Source: Spongospora subterranea f. sp. subterranea (lineage: Eukaryota). From it: a stretch of 64,000 bases of DNA. A program made the position numbers and the translations under genes. The notes under the pieces were generated by a model. The model saw only the letters and a program-made list of their open reading frames with translations, ran no database searches and was not told the origin of the DNA. The stretch is from contig JAUGWO010000069.1 in assembly GCA_049724395.1 (NCBI GenBank), forward strand, positions 124,001 to 188,000. Direction: 5' to 3'. Numbering within the stretch: the stretch's first letter is position 1; each line of letters begins with the position of its first letter. Positions 1 through 13,477 of this stretch are shown piece by piece.

Positions 1-658
1 GTCTGCCGGATGGACGCGTCCCAATCATCGGCTGTTGTTGTCGAGGGAAATCAGCCAATTTTCGATCAATGTGAACCGGCAAATCCAAACTAACGGGTCT
101 CGGTCAGCAATCGCCGCGTCTGTTCCCGGCGAGCTTGGCGATCGGCCCGGATTTCCGACTGCTCATCGACGCCGATATCGTCCAGCGACCGGGCCGCGTT
201 CGCGCCCAGAACCCGTTTGGAGAACACTCCCGGCTGTACGCGATCATGGTCGGGCGTGTCGGCGCCTCGATCGAAGATGGCGGGCCGATGGAACCCGGAC
301 CGGGACCTGTGCTCGCGCAGCGACACGCCTTTCGCATGGCGTCCATGGCCGCCGCCTCTGCCGCGGGACGTCGTACCGCCCCCGCGGCTCCCCTGGCCTC
401 CCCGCCGTTCACCGCCGCTCATTACTCAGGGGAATCGATGGGCCCAATCCCTGATCGTTGTCATTAATGGTCAATTCTGCGCGGCCAAACCCCGTCGAAA
501 CCGGTTTCGCCATCTCGTCATCGATCCCTCGATCGGATCCCGATCATCTCTGATCCATTCTTTCGGAGGATTTATTCACTCCCAGGAACAATCACGTTCC
601 GATTGGCGGTTTCTGATCGTACTGGGTTCTGATAGGCGGTTGGGTTTTATTTTCGGGT

Positions 659-2790
659 TCAGACGGATTCCAGCCAATGCTTGTTCATCACTCTGGCGAT
701 GAACTGAGCCTGGGGCATATCGCTATTGGTCTTGAGCAGGTTCACCGCCTCGGCCAGCTGCGATCGCTTGGCCTTGCCGGCGATCATGAGCTGTAGTACC
801 CCACAGCAGGCGCCCCGTTTCCCTTCCCAATATCTGCAACACCAGGCGTCACCACCCCCACGATCAGCCAATCGGTTCCCCCGAGACCTACTCTGGAATC
901 GGGTCCAATCGCCACAATACATCGAACGCCTTGGCCGCATACGAGTACTCTTTGCACCGATAGGAGTCGTTGGCAATCAGCAGCAGTAGGCTGAATGAGT
1001 TGGCGCTAGTCTCCATCTCCAGGTATTTCTCCCACGCCTGGTTAGCTTGTCCCATATATATATCGATTCGGGCCGACCAAGCTATGAAATCGTATTGTTT
1101 CCTCCTCGTCTAAATCAGCATCATCATTTCCGTCAATATTCATGTGGGCTGGCGGTGATTGCGAGAAATACCTGATTCTGCACGTTGGCCAACGCTTGCG
1201 CCGCTTCAGCGTAGCGCCCGACTTTCGCCAAGGCGACGCCAAAGTTCCAGTTGAACCTTTTGTTGGTGCCGGGGAATCAGTGAAATGTGGTCGATTGACC
1301 TGAATTTGCCAAACCTGTCGTCGTTCTGAAAATAGGTCTGGATACTGGATAGGTAGACGAGGACGTCGTCAAACTGTTGCAGGAGAAAGTAGCAGGACGC
1401 CATCGCCTGTCGCCCAGGGATCGTATCGCACTCGGATGCCGATTCGCCCACCAGCTGGAAGTATTGCTGGGCGAGGTGCAGGTCCTCGGCCGATTGTGTC
1501 AGCTGTCCATGGGCGGCGTGGGCGACGCCCTTCAGGATGTACCTGGAATCGCCAACGAAATCAGAACGAAAACGCGCTGGGGTTCGACGAACGCGGGATT
1601 CCCCACTCTTGCGGCGTCAGCGGTTCGACCTGCTTCATCAGCTTGTACGCCTCCTTGACGTCGCCGACCTTCAGGTAATGGATGCACAGATTGAGGCGCG
1701 CTTCCGGGACGATATCGACCAGCGGGGGCAGCACCTTCAGGGCGTTCTCCCCGGCCCGGAACACGACCATGTTGTGGCTGATCAGGGTGCCGGCGCTGTG
1801 GGTCGTCGTACCGCCCGCCGTCGTCGTCACCGCCGGCTCCCTGTCCGAGTACGCCTGCAACTGCTGGATGGCCGCTTTCCCATCGTACAGGCGGAAATGG
1901 CTGCAGGCCTTGAGGTTGGCGGCGATCACCGAATCCGGGTTCACGAGCAGATACGGGTTGAGGATCTCCAACGTCACCTGATCGCGGTCGTGGTCGATGT
2001 GGTGCCGATTATCGGTGGGCGCTGGGGGATCTTACATCGTAATAGTCGAGTTTATAATAGCAGATGGCGATATAGACCTGTAGCGCCAGGTACTCGCGGT
2101 GCTCCAGCAGTAATCGCTTGTAGATCTCGGTCGCCTCCTGGTAGTGTCCTCTGAGGAAGTGGATCGCCCCCAGACCCAGTTGATCTTCCAGCGAATCTAC
2201 ATCATATCAGGGGAAGGGTCAACCTCAGCCGATTTGGCGAGTCAATTGAGGCGAACGGCGTCAATAACCTGTAAGTTTGGCGTGGCTCTCGATCAGGAGC
2301 TTCTCGTCCGACAGACGATGGGCGCTGTGGAAGAGGATTCGGTACTGGAGACCGCATTTGGGACCGGCGCTGGCCAGGTCGATCGCCTTCTTGAAGTTGC
2401 CCAGATAGAACTGACAGGCGCCTGCATACAGATAGAACACGGGATCACATCCCGGGTCCTTCATGATCGCTTCGCATTGGGAAAACGCCTGGGAACAACC
2501 GATCAGCGATCGGCTCAAGATGATTGGGCACAAACAACACGAAAAACCTTTTCGTAGTCGTGAAGATGGAAGAACGCATAAGCAAGCCATGCCTGTTTCT
2601 CAGAAAGCGATTGGCAATTTGGTTCGGGTTCGCCAGATTGGATCAGGTATTCCACCAAAGCGACGGCGCCCGAGAAATCGCGTCCCTGGAGAAACGACTC
2701 CAACGTGGGCCGTTTATCCTTCTGTCGTGCGATTCTGTCGCCCGGCCTGGCGCCCAATGGCGTTGCCGGTTTGGTGCGGCCAAGCAGCAT
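659..2790 (-). CDS. IFT56: Intraflagellar transport protein 56 (TTC26/DYF-13), multi-exon TPR protein
   Basis: Spliced exons give [86 protein letters not shown] and [11 protein letters not shown], all characteristic TTC26 blocks, separated by GT-AG introns. Confidence 0.93.
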
Positions 2791-3144
2791 GATTCGATTG
2801 CGGATCTGGGGCGAGTCCCTTGACCCACAGTCCGGCCCCCGAATATGGCGATAGTTATCGGCTGATGACCTGTGTGCGATAGTCTATGACGAACGGTCAT
2901 CGCCCGGTCCCTGTATGATCGTGCGCTTTGTGCCCAACCGACTCAACGTCAAACGACCGGTGATGTGTTTACCACCCTTACGACATCGGTTGGCGTAGGG
3001 GAATGGTGTTGCACCCTAGGGAAGTAGCGCTTGTTTTGGAAACTCAAGTCAATTATCTATATTGCCCAGTTGTGTGAAATATGTCAAAAACACGTATTCG
3101 CACGGTTTCGCCGATGACGTTTATCGAGGGTGCGGTAGCTACAA

Positions 3145-3363
3145 TCAGATCATGTCGAAACACCGATATTGTAGAACATTACTGGATGGGTTATGATAGA
3201 ATCGCTTAGAGTCGGATATTGCTGTGTGGAGCGAGAAATCGAAAGACGTTGCTCTGCTGTGTTCTTTGTCGAGAACGCCCCACAGAGTTCTCAATGGGTT
3301 TTTATCGGGGTCGGAACACCACTTCATACTCATATTTTCGCCCGGTGATATTTGCTTTTTCAA
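3145..3363 (-). mobile_element. Degenerate Tc1/mariner-type transposase C-terminal remnant
   Basis: MKWCSDPDKNPLRTLWGVL resembles the Tc1 motif WPxxSPDLNPIENLW and is followed by RCFDMI, similar to the Tc1 C-terminal RCxxVI; no intact upstream frame. Confidence 0.4.
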
Positions 3364-5061
3364 TCGAGCATTGACGTTTGATTGTCTTAATCAGCGGCAC
3401 AAGCCAGTTGGCAGACCTTCTGGCCGCTGTCACCTGTGGGACTTGATTCTGATTGATGCTTCTCGCCAACGTTTTGAGTGAATTCGGCTGGAAAATAGTT
3501 TACGGTGCTGATGATCACAACGTGGCTCTCCTTGAAACGCTGAAACCAGTTCGCTCATGTTCGCATCGTGAACAAGAGGTTGAAAACAGGGCTGGCTGGT
3601 GCTCGTTGCTCATCCATTCAATGCATTCATAGATCTAGATGAGCGCAAGTTCTATTGATGAGCATGATCCAGCACTGGTCATCAACAATCCGCCCGCGTT
3701 TCCTCAGCAAACGGTGCTGCCGGCCGATCGGTCGACCTGCCAAGCAACATTCCTCATCTCTCGATATATCCGCTTCAATCATACTTTGCAGTCCCATTGG
3801 CAATCATCGCACACCCCCGACTACATCTGTGTCGTCATGTATAGGACGTCGCCTTCTTGAGTCCTTCTGGCAAACGATACCACTCTCTATGGATATTTAT
3901 ATCTTGCTGTGTCGTTTCTGCACCTCTAAATATAGATCCGAAGACCCATGTTCCCATCAAACCTCAAATGGCGCTCATTTGCCCCAAAGGCCCTTGCGAA
4001 ATCAACCGTTCTGGCACCGTGTCTTGGGTCACTTCCAATAACCAATCGGTCTTGCGCGGGGCAATGAAAACTTGACGATTTTTCGGCCCTTGAAGATGAA
4101 GGTACGGTGCATTGATGGTTGGGCGGCGCTAGTAATCGGCCAAAGGATCGTGAACATTGTATGTAGGCGGGAACGGCTTGGTGCCGCATTGCCTTCTCAG
4201 CCTAACGACATGGCAGGTGCTGCTTGATCCACGAAATGAAAACCGGATCAGGGTTAGGGTAGAGCAGGTTTCTCGCCCGAAGGACTCATCTGATGGAAAC
4301 ATCATGGATGAAATGATTAGGCGCTATGTATTACTGGCGGTACGATTTCATGCCAAACGGTTTGTTTATTAGACCTTGTTCAACGCTGCCTGATTGGTGA
4401 TTTGTAGCGGCGAAGCTTGTTGGAAATATACCATCCCGAGATGACGTAAAACGGCTTGGCAGAGCAAAACCGTAAATCAGGAACCTAATCGTTTACTCTC
4501 GGATTGAAAACCATGAAAATCAGAACCGCTCCTGTACCCCCATCCCAGGAGTTCTGATGAAGTTCCAGGTGCAGCTGCAATGATGGGGAGAAATGCTGTT
4601 CTGATCTGGTTGATATCAGCAATGATTTCCCGCCTTACGCTCGCTTTCAATTCTCACCGACGCTGGTGCAAACAGGACGCTGGGAAAACGGATCCTATCG
4701 TTGGAAATCTCGTGTCAGAATGATCGTAGCTCCTCAAGTGTATTCCTCACCCCGACAACTGTGCCGATAACAAGGGCGGTGCCACTGATTTCGTATGATA
4801 TAAGACATATCTATGTCTCTATTATGATAAATTGGCGCTGCAGATCGCCATCCGAGCAGCGCCTAAAAAGGGCCAAAAAAAAGCCTAAAAAAGGGCAAAA
4901 ACGCCCATCCAGGCAGGAATATCCTCATGACTCACAGTGAGGGCCTCGCACAGCTACACCAGTGTTTTGATCGTACACTGTATCCAATATGTCCAGTCGT
5001 GTACAGTAGTGGTACTGTGTAACATGATTACAATTTGTCGTTATTTCGATAAAGTTAATTG

Positions 5062-6776
5062 ATGGGAATGACACCACCGACCCACTTCATTCAGGACAGA
5101 TATATTTCGGGGATAAGGGTCGTCATTCCGATTTTATTATGGGCTGTTTGTCAAGGCCGAATCGCTGGAGTATCGCCAGCCGACTACGAGCGGTATGCTC
5201 AAACGGAGTTCACGTGTCGGGAAGGAATCACCATACCTGGCAACCATGTGAACGATGATTATTGCGATTGCCCTGAATCTGGAGATGATGAACCTGGCAC
5301 ACCGGCTTGTGCTAATGGCCGGCACTACTGCCATAACAGTGGGCATATTCCGACGTACGTGGCGTCGTCTCGCGTCGGCGATGGAATATGTGATTGCTGT
5401 GATGGAAGCGACGAATATTACAGTTCGACACAATGTGAAAATACCTGTAAAGAATTATCGTTGAAAAAAATTATACAGCTCAAAAAACAAGAAGCCCTCA
5501 TAGCGGACGGCATTAAAGCGAAAATGCGGATGCTGGAACAAGGAAAGAAAGAAAAACAATATCAGGAGAAGAAGAGAGAGGAAGCAAGAGCTGACCTGGC
5601 CGCCAAACAGGCTCAGGTGGAGCTATTCCAAAAAGCGAAAGAGACTGCGGAAATCGAAGAGAAACGAGAGCTTGATGAGATTGCTTCAGCGAACGCTTCG
5701 GACAAAGAAGAATTGCATGGACAAACGACTTCTGCCTCCGAAAAGGAAGAGGAGCAATCAGAGTCTGTCGACACTTCAGCCGTTGAATCAGGCGAAGATG
5801 GCGAGGCTCAGGAATCTGACGAAGAATCTTTTCCATATCCCGAGCAATATGCGTTTCATGGCGAAAGTCAAGAACGACCAGCGGACAGCGTGGATGAATC
5901 CCCTGAAGCGGTCGACTCTAGTGGCGACGAACCTTTCACGACGCCGTCTGATGGGCTCGACAAATCAGATGTAAACTCGCCTACCGTTCAAGGTATGCTC
6001 GGTGACTTTATTTCCAAGTCCCTTGCATTCATCAATAACCTCTTTATGACTTATACTTCCAAAAAGCCTGCTTCTGAAGGCACGTGCATTGCACACTTTG
6101 TGTCATGAAGATGTCATTTTTGATTCATTATAGTTTGATGGTTCCCTTTTTGTCATCATGCCTGATCTTTGACATCGAGTTTTTACAGCTGCCAAAGAAG
6201 CGCGCCATCAACTATCCGTTGCTGAAAGTGAGCTGGCCTCGCTAAGAAAAGAATTCGACGACACCTCTAAATTGCTCGAGACCGATTTCGGTCCCCGAGA
6301 TGCTTACTTCGGCCTTCACTCTGAATGCGTTTCGTTTATCTCTGGCCGGTATACCTATAGAATCTGTCCGTTCAAGGACGTGTCTCAAAGCGAAGGCGGC
6401 TCATCAATCTCTCTCGGGTAATCACATTTTTTTTTTCAGATGCTCTTCACGAATTCCTTGTTATAGAAAATTTGATACCTGGGGAGACAACTACTCCACG
6501 TGGATGTTTACAAATGGTCAGCGATGCTGGAATGGCCCCGAAAGGTCCACCAAGGTTGCTAAACAATAACACTTGAAGTCTGTTTTTTCAGCGTATATAC
6601 AGGTTCATTTATCTTGCGGAAGTAGCAATCAGGTGCTGAGTATGTCAGAGCCCAGCACTTGCGTGTACGAGATGCACTTTCAGACTCCAGCGTCGTGTTC
6701 CGAAACTGAGCTTGAGCGTATCCAAGATAATCTGACTGCTCTTCAGCCTAAGACGCATGTACGTGATGAATTATAA
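5062..6776 (+). CDS. PRKCSH: Glucosidase II beta subunit (PRKCSH-like), ER luminal
   Basis: VNDDYCDC..DEPGTPAC and SSRVGDGICDCCDGSDE, acidic coiled coil, MRH domain (YTYRICPF, NGQRCWNGPERST, EPSTCVY), C-terminal RDEL retention signal. Confidence 0.93.
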
Positions 6777-6956
6777 ACTCGGAAATCTTCTGTCTGTCCA
6801 TCTGTGTCTTTACTTCTGTGTCGATCATCATGCGAAAAAAACCATTTGCGCATACAGTACGACGGCTGAATCTTGCAGAGTATTTGCAAAACTGTCTCCC
6901 AGTCACACCGCCCATTTTGTGGGAAATTGTTGAATCTAGGACCTAATTTGTTCATA

Positions 6957-7836
6957 ATGGAGTCGGTCGGTGTGCCTCATATCGAAAGAATAATGATGGG
7001 GTTACCTGTAGGCCTGATTGCATCAAGTTTGCAAAACCCGATTCGTAAAATCGTATCACGCTTAGACCGACCCATCCGCACAGATGAAAGTGGCCGCTGT
7101 ACTTATCGAACATATACAATCGACAGCGTTGGCCGTTGCTGACGGCCGCGTTGATGTATTACAAACACGATGTGCTCGGCAACTTGAAGAAATTGGTACT
7201 ATACCTTTCACACAAAGTGTTAGCTTAAGTAACATCTCATTCTAGAAAGGCTTCGACAGCGTATATCGAAACTAGAGGAAGAAAACCAAAAACTAAAATC
7301 TCAGACTTCCGACATCGGATTTGCATTAAACCATTTCCAACACGAGATTTTGCCCAAGTTGAAAAAGCCTTTAGCTGAGATTTCAGAGAACCCTCGGCCG
7401 TGCAAGGGGGCTGAATTGCACGAGTAAGGCAATCAAAGTAAATGTACAATTAGGCACCTGATGTTTTATGTAGACCGGAAAGTACTGAACTTGCGGCACA
7501 AGTTGTTGCACAAATCAATCGGACCATGTGGATAGAATCGCCAGGCAGAGTTAAGCCAAATCACATGGAAGCAAGCACTTTGTTCTCTGAGGTAATACTA
7601 CTCGCGGAGAATGTTGAGGTTTGACACATGAGCTGTTAAATTGCCATTTCTAGATTAAAAAAACGTTGTCTGCTCCTGTTTTTTCGGAGTTCGTGAGCGC
7701 TATTGACACTTTGAAACTACAAAGTCATCCAAGAAATGGACTGATCAATAAGATTCGAGATCTGCTGGCGAAAGAACCACAATTATTGAGAAGATTCCTT
7801 GATCTCATTGGTTCACCCTCATATCACGACCATTAA
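6957..7836 (+). CDS. Coiled-coil protein with C-terminal PAH-like helical domain (At4g15545-like)
   Basis: Spliced reading gives LPTDPSAQMKVA, a coiled coil (ERLRQRISKLEEENQKLK) and LFSEIKKTLSAPVFSEFVSAI...LLRRFLDLI, ending at TAA 7834-7836. Confidence 0.55.
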
Positions 7837-7926
7837 TGCTAACACACGTTGGACATCGATCACCAGCGCAAGATTATTGATGATCAGAATCGTACTCTAA
7901 ACTGGCGTCTTTGTTGTGTAAATTCT

Positions 7927-9172
7927 CTATATTAATACTTTCCTGTTCATCCGGATTGCGATTTTCTGAATATCGTCTTCATCATCGGACTCAGATCTGT
8001 CTGAATTTGGTTGGTAATCTAGTATCTCCCTTACATCTCGTGCCTCCATAGCGTCCAAAGTTTGAAAAAGCGTTTCGTCATAGCTCCATTGTAATAGCAT
8101 GTCCTCACCAATTTTCGTATTTAACTCTGATATCAATGTGAGGCTTTCAGCATCAACACCAAGAGAGTCGGCATCGACATTTTCATTCAACACCTTTTGA
8201 GTCAGATGACACACTGAATCACCCCTGATATTCATTGAAGGTGATTGGGGCACAGAGTCCTGTCTCGTATTGCCATTCAGCGTCTGATTCCGCATTTCGC
8301 TTGAGATATGTTCCACATTGGTGGATGAGTCCCTGTCTTCGTTGCTTTGATCATATGTGTCTTTACGATGAAGATTAGAAATAATATCTTCCTTCTCAGC
8401 AACCTTTGTATCAAAATTCAAATCTAAACATTTGATTTTGAGTTTGTTATCTTGAATATCAAGCAATCGTTGCAAGCGAGTGAGGGAAATTTTGCGAATA
8501 GGACCTGAATTCTGACTATCAGATTCGGAAATGAACGCTTCTTTTGCTGCAGACTTGATGGTGCCTGCTTTTGTGTTCGGTTGAGATATGGCAATTTCTT
8601 TTTCAGCATATGCGATCGAGCTCGCAATTTGCAGTTCACGTCTAGCTTGATCGAGCTCTTCTTGCAGTTTCTTAACAAGATTTTCATGTTGGATCTTATC
8701 ATTTTGCTCTTTAGTGAGCCTGTCTTTATAGGTTTTAAGCAGTTGCAGTGATGATGTGAACCGATCACGGAGGTCTAAAGAAAACCTTAGAACAAAAGTG
8801 ACAACACAACAAAAAAATTACCTTTAGTTTGCACGATGATATTCCGGTTGTGCGTTTGCACCATTTCTAATTCGCGGTCTATTCTGTTTTTCTCTGCTTT
8901 CGCTTGCTTAGACTCAGTCTCTTGTTGAGCTTTGATATCCATCAGCTTTCTGATTAAACTACCTGTGATGGTTAACAATAGGTATCCGAAATCACCCATC
9001 GAAACGTACCAATCTTGAGTTTATCCTCGGGACACAGTTGCGATACTTTGGCGTTCGATATTCTCGAGAGTCGATGATCACCGTGATTCACACGAGCCAA
9101 ATTCTTTTGGGCAGGGCGTTTCGCTATGTTGGTACCTCTCCAAGACAATTCCCCACGATGCTCACCCGCCAT
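7927..9172 (-). CDS. KIAA1328: Hinderin/KIAA1328-domain coiled-coil protein
   Basis: Spliced KVSQLCPEDKLKIGSLIRKL...HNRNII...LQLLKTYKDRL matches the KIAA1328 core pattern (LC.EDK..I..LI..L ... LL..Y). Confidence 0.65.
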
Positions 9173-9548
9173 CGAATGGGAACTGGGAAATAGCAAAATG
9201 AGGATATATAGACGATAGTGGACCCATAGGATCCGCCTCCATGTTACTAGGTATGGTCATGCAGGGGGTTACTCATAATCATTGCACTGGAGTATCAATG
9301 AACACAGTTAGAATGACTATGTCTATACTGTCATGATCATGATACTTTCTGTGTTTGGAGACCCCAGACGTTTTAATCATTTCGCTAAAACGACGACACT
9401 ATGTCGGTGCATTTTCCGAGAAACCAGCAGGGACTGTACTATGGTAAGTTGACTTGACGGGGTTGATCACGATATCCTCGCGGGCTGCGTGTGCTTATTC
9501 GAGAATTTAGAGCAAGGGTTTGGCAGCGGTTATCAATTATCGGGGTAA

Positions 9549-10400
9549 ATGAAGCAGACCTCCGTATTCCTTTGGTATCCCAACCTAATCGGTTGAAACA
9601 TCGCTCATTGCAATAACCGTGAGCTTAATATCTTCGATTAGGCTATTTCAGAATCACGTCTTTGTTTATTGCTCTAAGTTTTGCAATGAGTTCGCCAATC
9701 TTGGCCACCTGTTTCTATGCTATATCTCAGTTGCTTGATGCTGTCGATGGAACTGTTGCTCGCGCATACAACCAATGTTCAAAATTTGGTGAGATAATTT
9801 TGAATCAACTAATTACCTTGAGTAATTGCAGTGTGCAGGTGCATTATTGGATATGCTTACCGATCGGATGTCAACAATGTGTAATTGTGCTGCAATGCGT
9901 GATATACTTTATTTGATTGAACCTAGGTTTATTAATCATTATTGCCATCAAAGATAACAATCGCTGGTTCCCATTCGTACTAGTAATCGTTCTTGATTTA
10001 GTTGCACACTGGGCGCAAATGTACAGGTATTTATCATTGGTCTGTCTGCCCGATACACATGCTAATTGACGAAGTTCGTTGATGATCGGCATTCAATCTC
10101 ATAAAGAAAACACAAACCCAATCCTGGCGTTTTATTATTCCTTTCCATTTTTGCTGATATTTTGCGTGGGAAACGAATTGTAAGTTGCCAGGTGAATACA
10201 TCAAATGAGATAAGTCATGTTTGCCCAGATACATCATCGTGACGTATCTACAGCTTTTTTTCTTGAAATCGACATTTCTTCAAGCCACGCTCTATATCTC
10301 TTTCCCATTCTTCATGTGCAAGAATTTCTTCAACGTTGTTCAGTTGATCGAGTCCTCACAACGTCTCGCGGCATTGGACACGCCTGTAAAAAACAAATAA
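9549..10400 (+). CDS. PIS1: CDP-diacylglycerol-inositol 3-phosphatidyltransferase (PI synthase)
   Basis: VFLWYPNLIGYFR N-terminus and the CDP-alcohol phosphotransferase motif DAVDGTVARAYNQCSKFGALLDMLTDR; multi-exon. Confidence 0.92.
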
Positions 10401-10727
10401 TTTTGTCCATATGTATTACAGTACAGCACGTCCAAATTTTTACTCTATTTCCGTCTATATTCTGAGATGGCAGCACAGTCGTTTTTTTAATTCCGGCTCT
10501 CCGCGACGGTGCTCTTTCAACTGCCACCATCTGTTACACTGTACTCATGGACCCCGAGGTCCAGTCTGGTATCCGTCATGAGTTCTCTGAGACTGGTCTG
10601 ACTACGGAACAGACAGCAGTTTCTTGGTCAGATACACACTGGAATTAGGGCAGTTTATATTGGTGGACCAGGTCCATCAGCCCAATCGTGGTTTGGAGGT
10701 TTGCCGATCAGGCGTATGTCCATATCA

Positions 10728-13348
10728 ATGCAATCTGGTCTCACACATGGAGGATACACCAGGCTACCCGATGAAAACGGAACGGTCATCATGCCTGCAA
10801 AGCCCTTGTCGAAATTGCAGCTCGTGAAGCGTGCTTGGGAATCAGTTTGGCCAGCTGATGATGCAGCAATGCGTTTCAGATTTGTATTTAGCATCATTTT
10901 GCTCGGTGTAGGGAAAATATTGGATCTCGTTCCGCCTTTCGCGTCAGTGACATTTCGCTATTTGTGGTTTAAAAAAGCTTATTAGATTCTTATTGTAGAC
11001 TCAAACTGATCATTGACTCTCTTACTGAACCAGCTGGTCCGGAATTTCCCACCTCTTGGATTATTTCTTTTCGGCGTTTCCCGGTTCCTTTCACCCTGTA
11101 TCACAGAATGGCGAAACATCATCTATGCCACAGTATGCATGAACTTTTCAATTTTTAGTAAAATAGATGCGTCGTTGAACAATTTCAGGTTTCAGCAAAT
11201 GCAGAGAAGCTCGTAGCGCTTAAAGTGATGGACCACCTAATGAACTTATCGTTCCGATATCATATCAATCGCAAAACGGGATCGTAAACGAATCAGAACT
11301 TCGGTGTTATCCTTGTGTGCTGATGTTTTGGGGTTTTAAATAGGATATTGCGTTCAGTTTCACGGGGGGCCTCGTCTTTCGGGGACGTTATGAGGACATT
11401 TCTGTTCAATTTGCTTCCTGTTGTTTTTCAAGTCGGCGCGGTTTGTTTGCTTCTTTTCGCTCGCTACGATTGGTGGTGTAAGTTAGAATGTCCATTGTAG
11501 TTTCCAGCGGATTTACCTTAGTTACCTTAGTTGCTGTCGTGACATTCTTCACTATTGTGATATACTTTGTGTATACGATTTTGACTACAAAGTGGAGAGA
11601 TAGGCACAGGCGCCTACTTACTGAAAAAGACAATTTATTCAATCAAAGGGCATCTGATGCTCTTCTCAACTATGAGACCGTCAAATATTTCAACGCCGAA
11701 GTATTCGATACTGATTTTTTTCGTGCATATGACTCAATATCCGTTTAGGAGCATGAAAAACAAAGATATGATCGAGCTCTTCGCGAGTTTCGTAATGCAT
11801 CGATTGTTTCTCAGCAATCTTTGAGTGTGTTGAATATTGGGCAAAACATCATCATATCAGTTGGAGTTGTTTTGGCAATGTTCTTGGCTGTGAAAGAAGT
11901 CACTCTCAATATTCAGACAGTCGGTGACTTTATTATGTACGTTTGCTTTGATCTTTAATCAGGTGCTGAGGCTAACTATGACCGCAAGGATCCAGCAGTT
12001 TATATTAACCCTATACACACCCCTAGGCTTCTTAGGAACTTATTGGCGGATGATCCATCAGTCATTGGTGGACGTAGAATCTTTGATCAAAATCATCGAA
12101 GAGCCAATCGAAGTACGATGTTATTCAATCCCGCTTTGCTGCTTTTGACATCTTGTAAATAGATTCGCGATTTGCCTATGGCACCATCGTTAATTGCGAA
12201 GAAAGGACATATCGAATTTAAAGATGTTTGCTTTGGCTATGGTGGATTCACAGTCAATCTGTTTGTCCACAACTCTCACATGATTGTTTGCAGTGCCCGG
12301 GCAACCGATTCTCAAGAATATATCATTCGAAGTCAGACCAGGTCAAAGTGTGGCTATCGTCGGGTTGGTTCCTGATTTGTTCGCATATGGCAAATTCCTA
12401 ATGCTGTTTTCTTAGTGCGTCCGGAGTCGGGAAAAGCACTATTGGACGATTGCTCTATCGATTCTACGAGGTCACGAGCGGGCAAATCCGCATTGATGGA
12501 CAAAACATTGCTCACGTCACTCAACATTCGCTGAGACGTAAAACGCGTTCATAAACGTATAATGAAATATTCAAGGCCATTTTTTAGGGTGCATCGGCAT
12601 CGTACCTCAAGATTGTGTTCTTTTTAATGACACTATCGGCTATAATATCGGATATGGAATCAAATCTAGGCAGATTGCTGATGCTTTGCCATATGAAATC
12701 GAAGAAGCTGTACATTTTTCTCATATCTAGCTCTCTCAATGTTTTCCAACCGTTGTAATTACAGGCAAAATCGGCTTCGATTCACGATTTCATCATGCAC
12801 CAGCCTGAGCAATATAAAACTGTTTGTGGGGAGCGGGGTCTAAGGTTGGACCTACTCTGGCCAAACTCAACACAAGCTAATATTTCTCAGATTAAGCGGT
12901 GGAGAACGCCAGCGAATTGCAATCGCTCGGGCGATTCTTAAGAACCCTACCATTATGCTGTACGATGAAGCTACAAGTTCTTTGGATACAATAACCGAAC
13001 AGGCTATTCAGGTAGAGTTCTCTTGTGTCTCGCTGCTGAATTTTGATATGGGCACAGAAATCTCTCGAAGAAATTGCCGAAGGCAGATCGGTTTTGATAG
13101 TGGCGCATCGTTTATCGACCATTGTCAATAGTGATAATATCATTGTATTAAAAGACGGAGAAATCGTTGAACAAGGATCGCACGAATCGCTAATCAAGAT
13201 CGATAAAGTATATGCCGATATGTGGAGACGGCAGCAAAACCAAAAAGAACGTAAGTATACTGTCCAGCGAAGCCATTGCTTAATTGAAATACTTACTCAC
13301 GTGTGTGGAATAGTCGAGATATCTTTAGCCGAGCTGAAAGAACATTGA
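10728..13348 (+). CDS. ABCB half-transporter of the ABCB6/ABCB7 (HMT1/ATM1) subfamily
   Basis: [28 protein letters not shown], spliced Walker [10 protein letters not shown], signature [16 protein letters not shown] and AHRLST. Start uncertain (10547 or 10728); apparent +1 base near 11044-11071. Confidence 0.9.
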
Positions 13349-13477
13349 TTTTACATTCTAATTCAATACAATCATCATTTTTGACGTTTTTAAGAACATT
13401 ATCCCGTGTCACTTAAGTTGATCCACCTGGCGAGGTCAACAGGATACGTTCCACGCCGTGACAGTATTCTGGGTGGC

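Noticed and set aside
35..702. Overlapping ORFs at the window start
   Set aside because: Long frames are expected in GC-rich DNA; 135-467 may be the last exon of an upstream gene but no family is recognisable
1377..2823. Plus-strand ORFs over IFT56
   Set aside because: Antisense shadows of a GC-rich coding strand
3640..4700. Possible decayed retroelement or recombinase
   Set aside because: No diagnostic motif found in any frame
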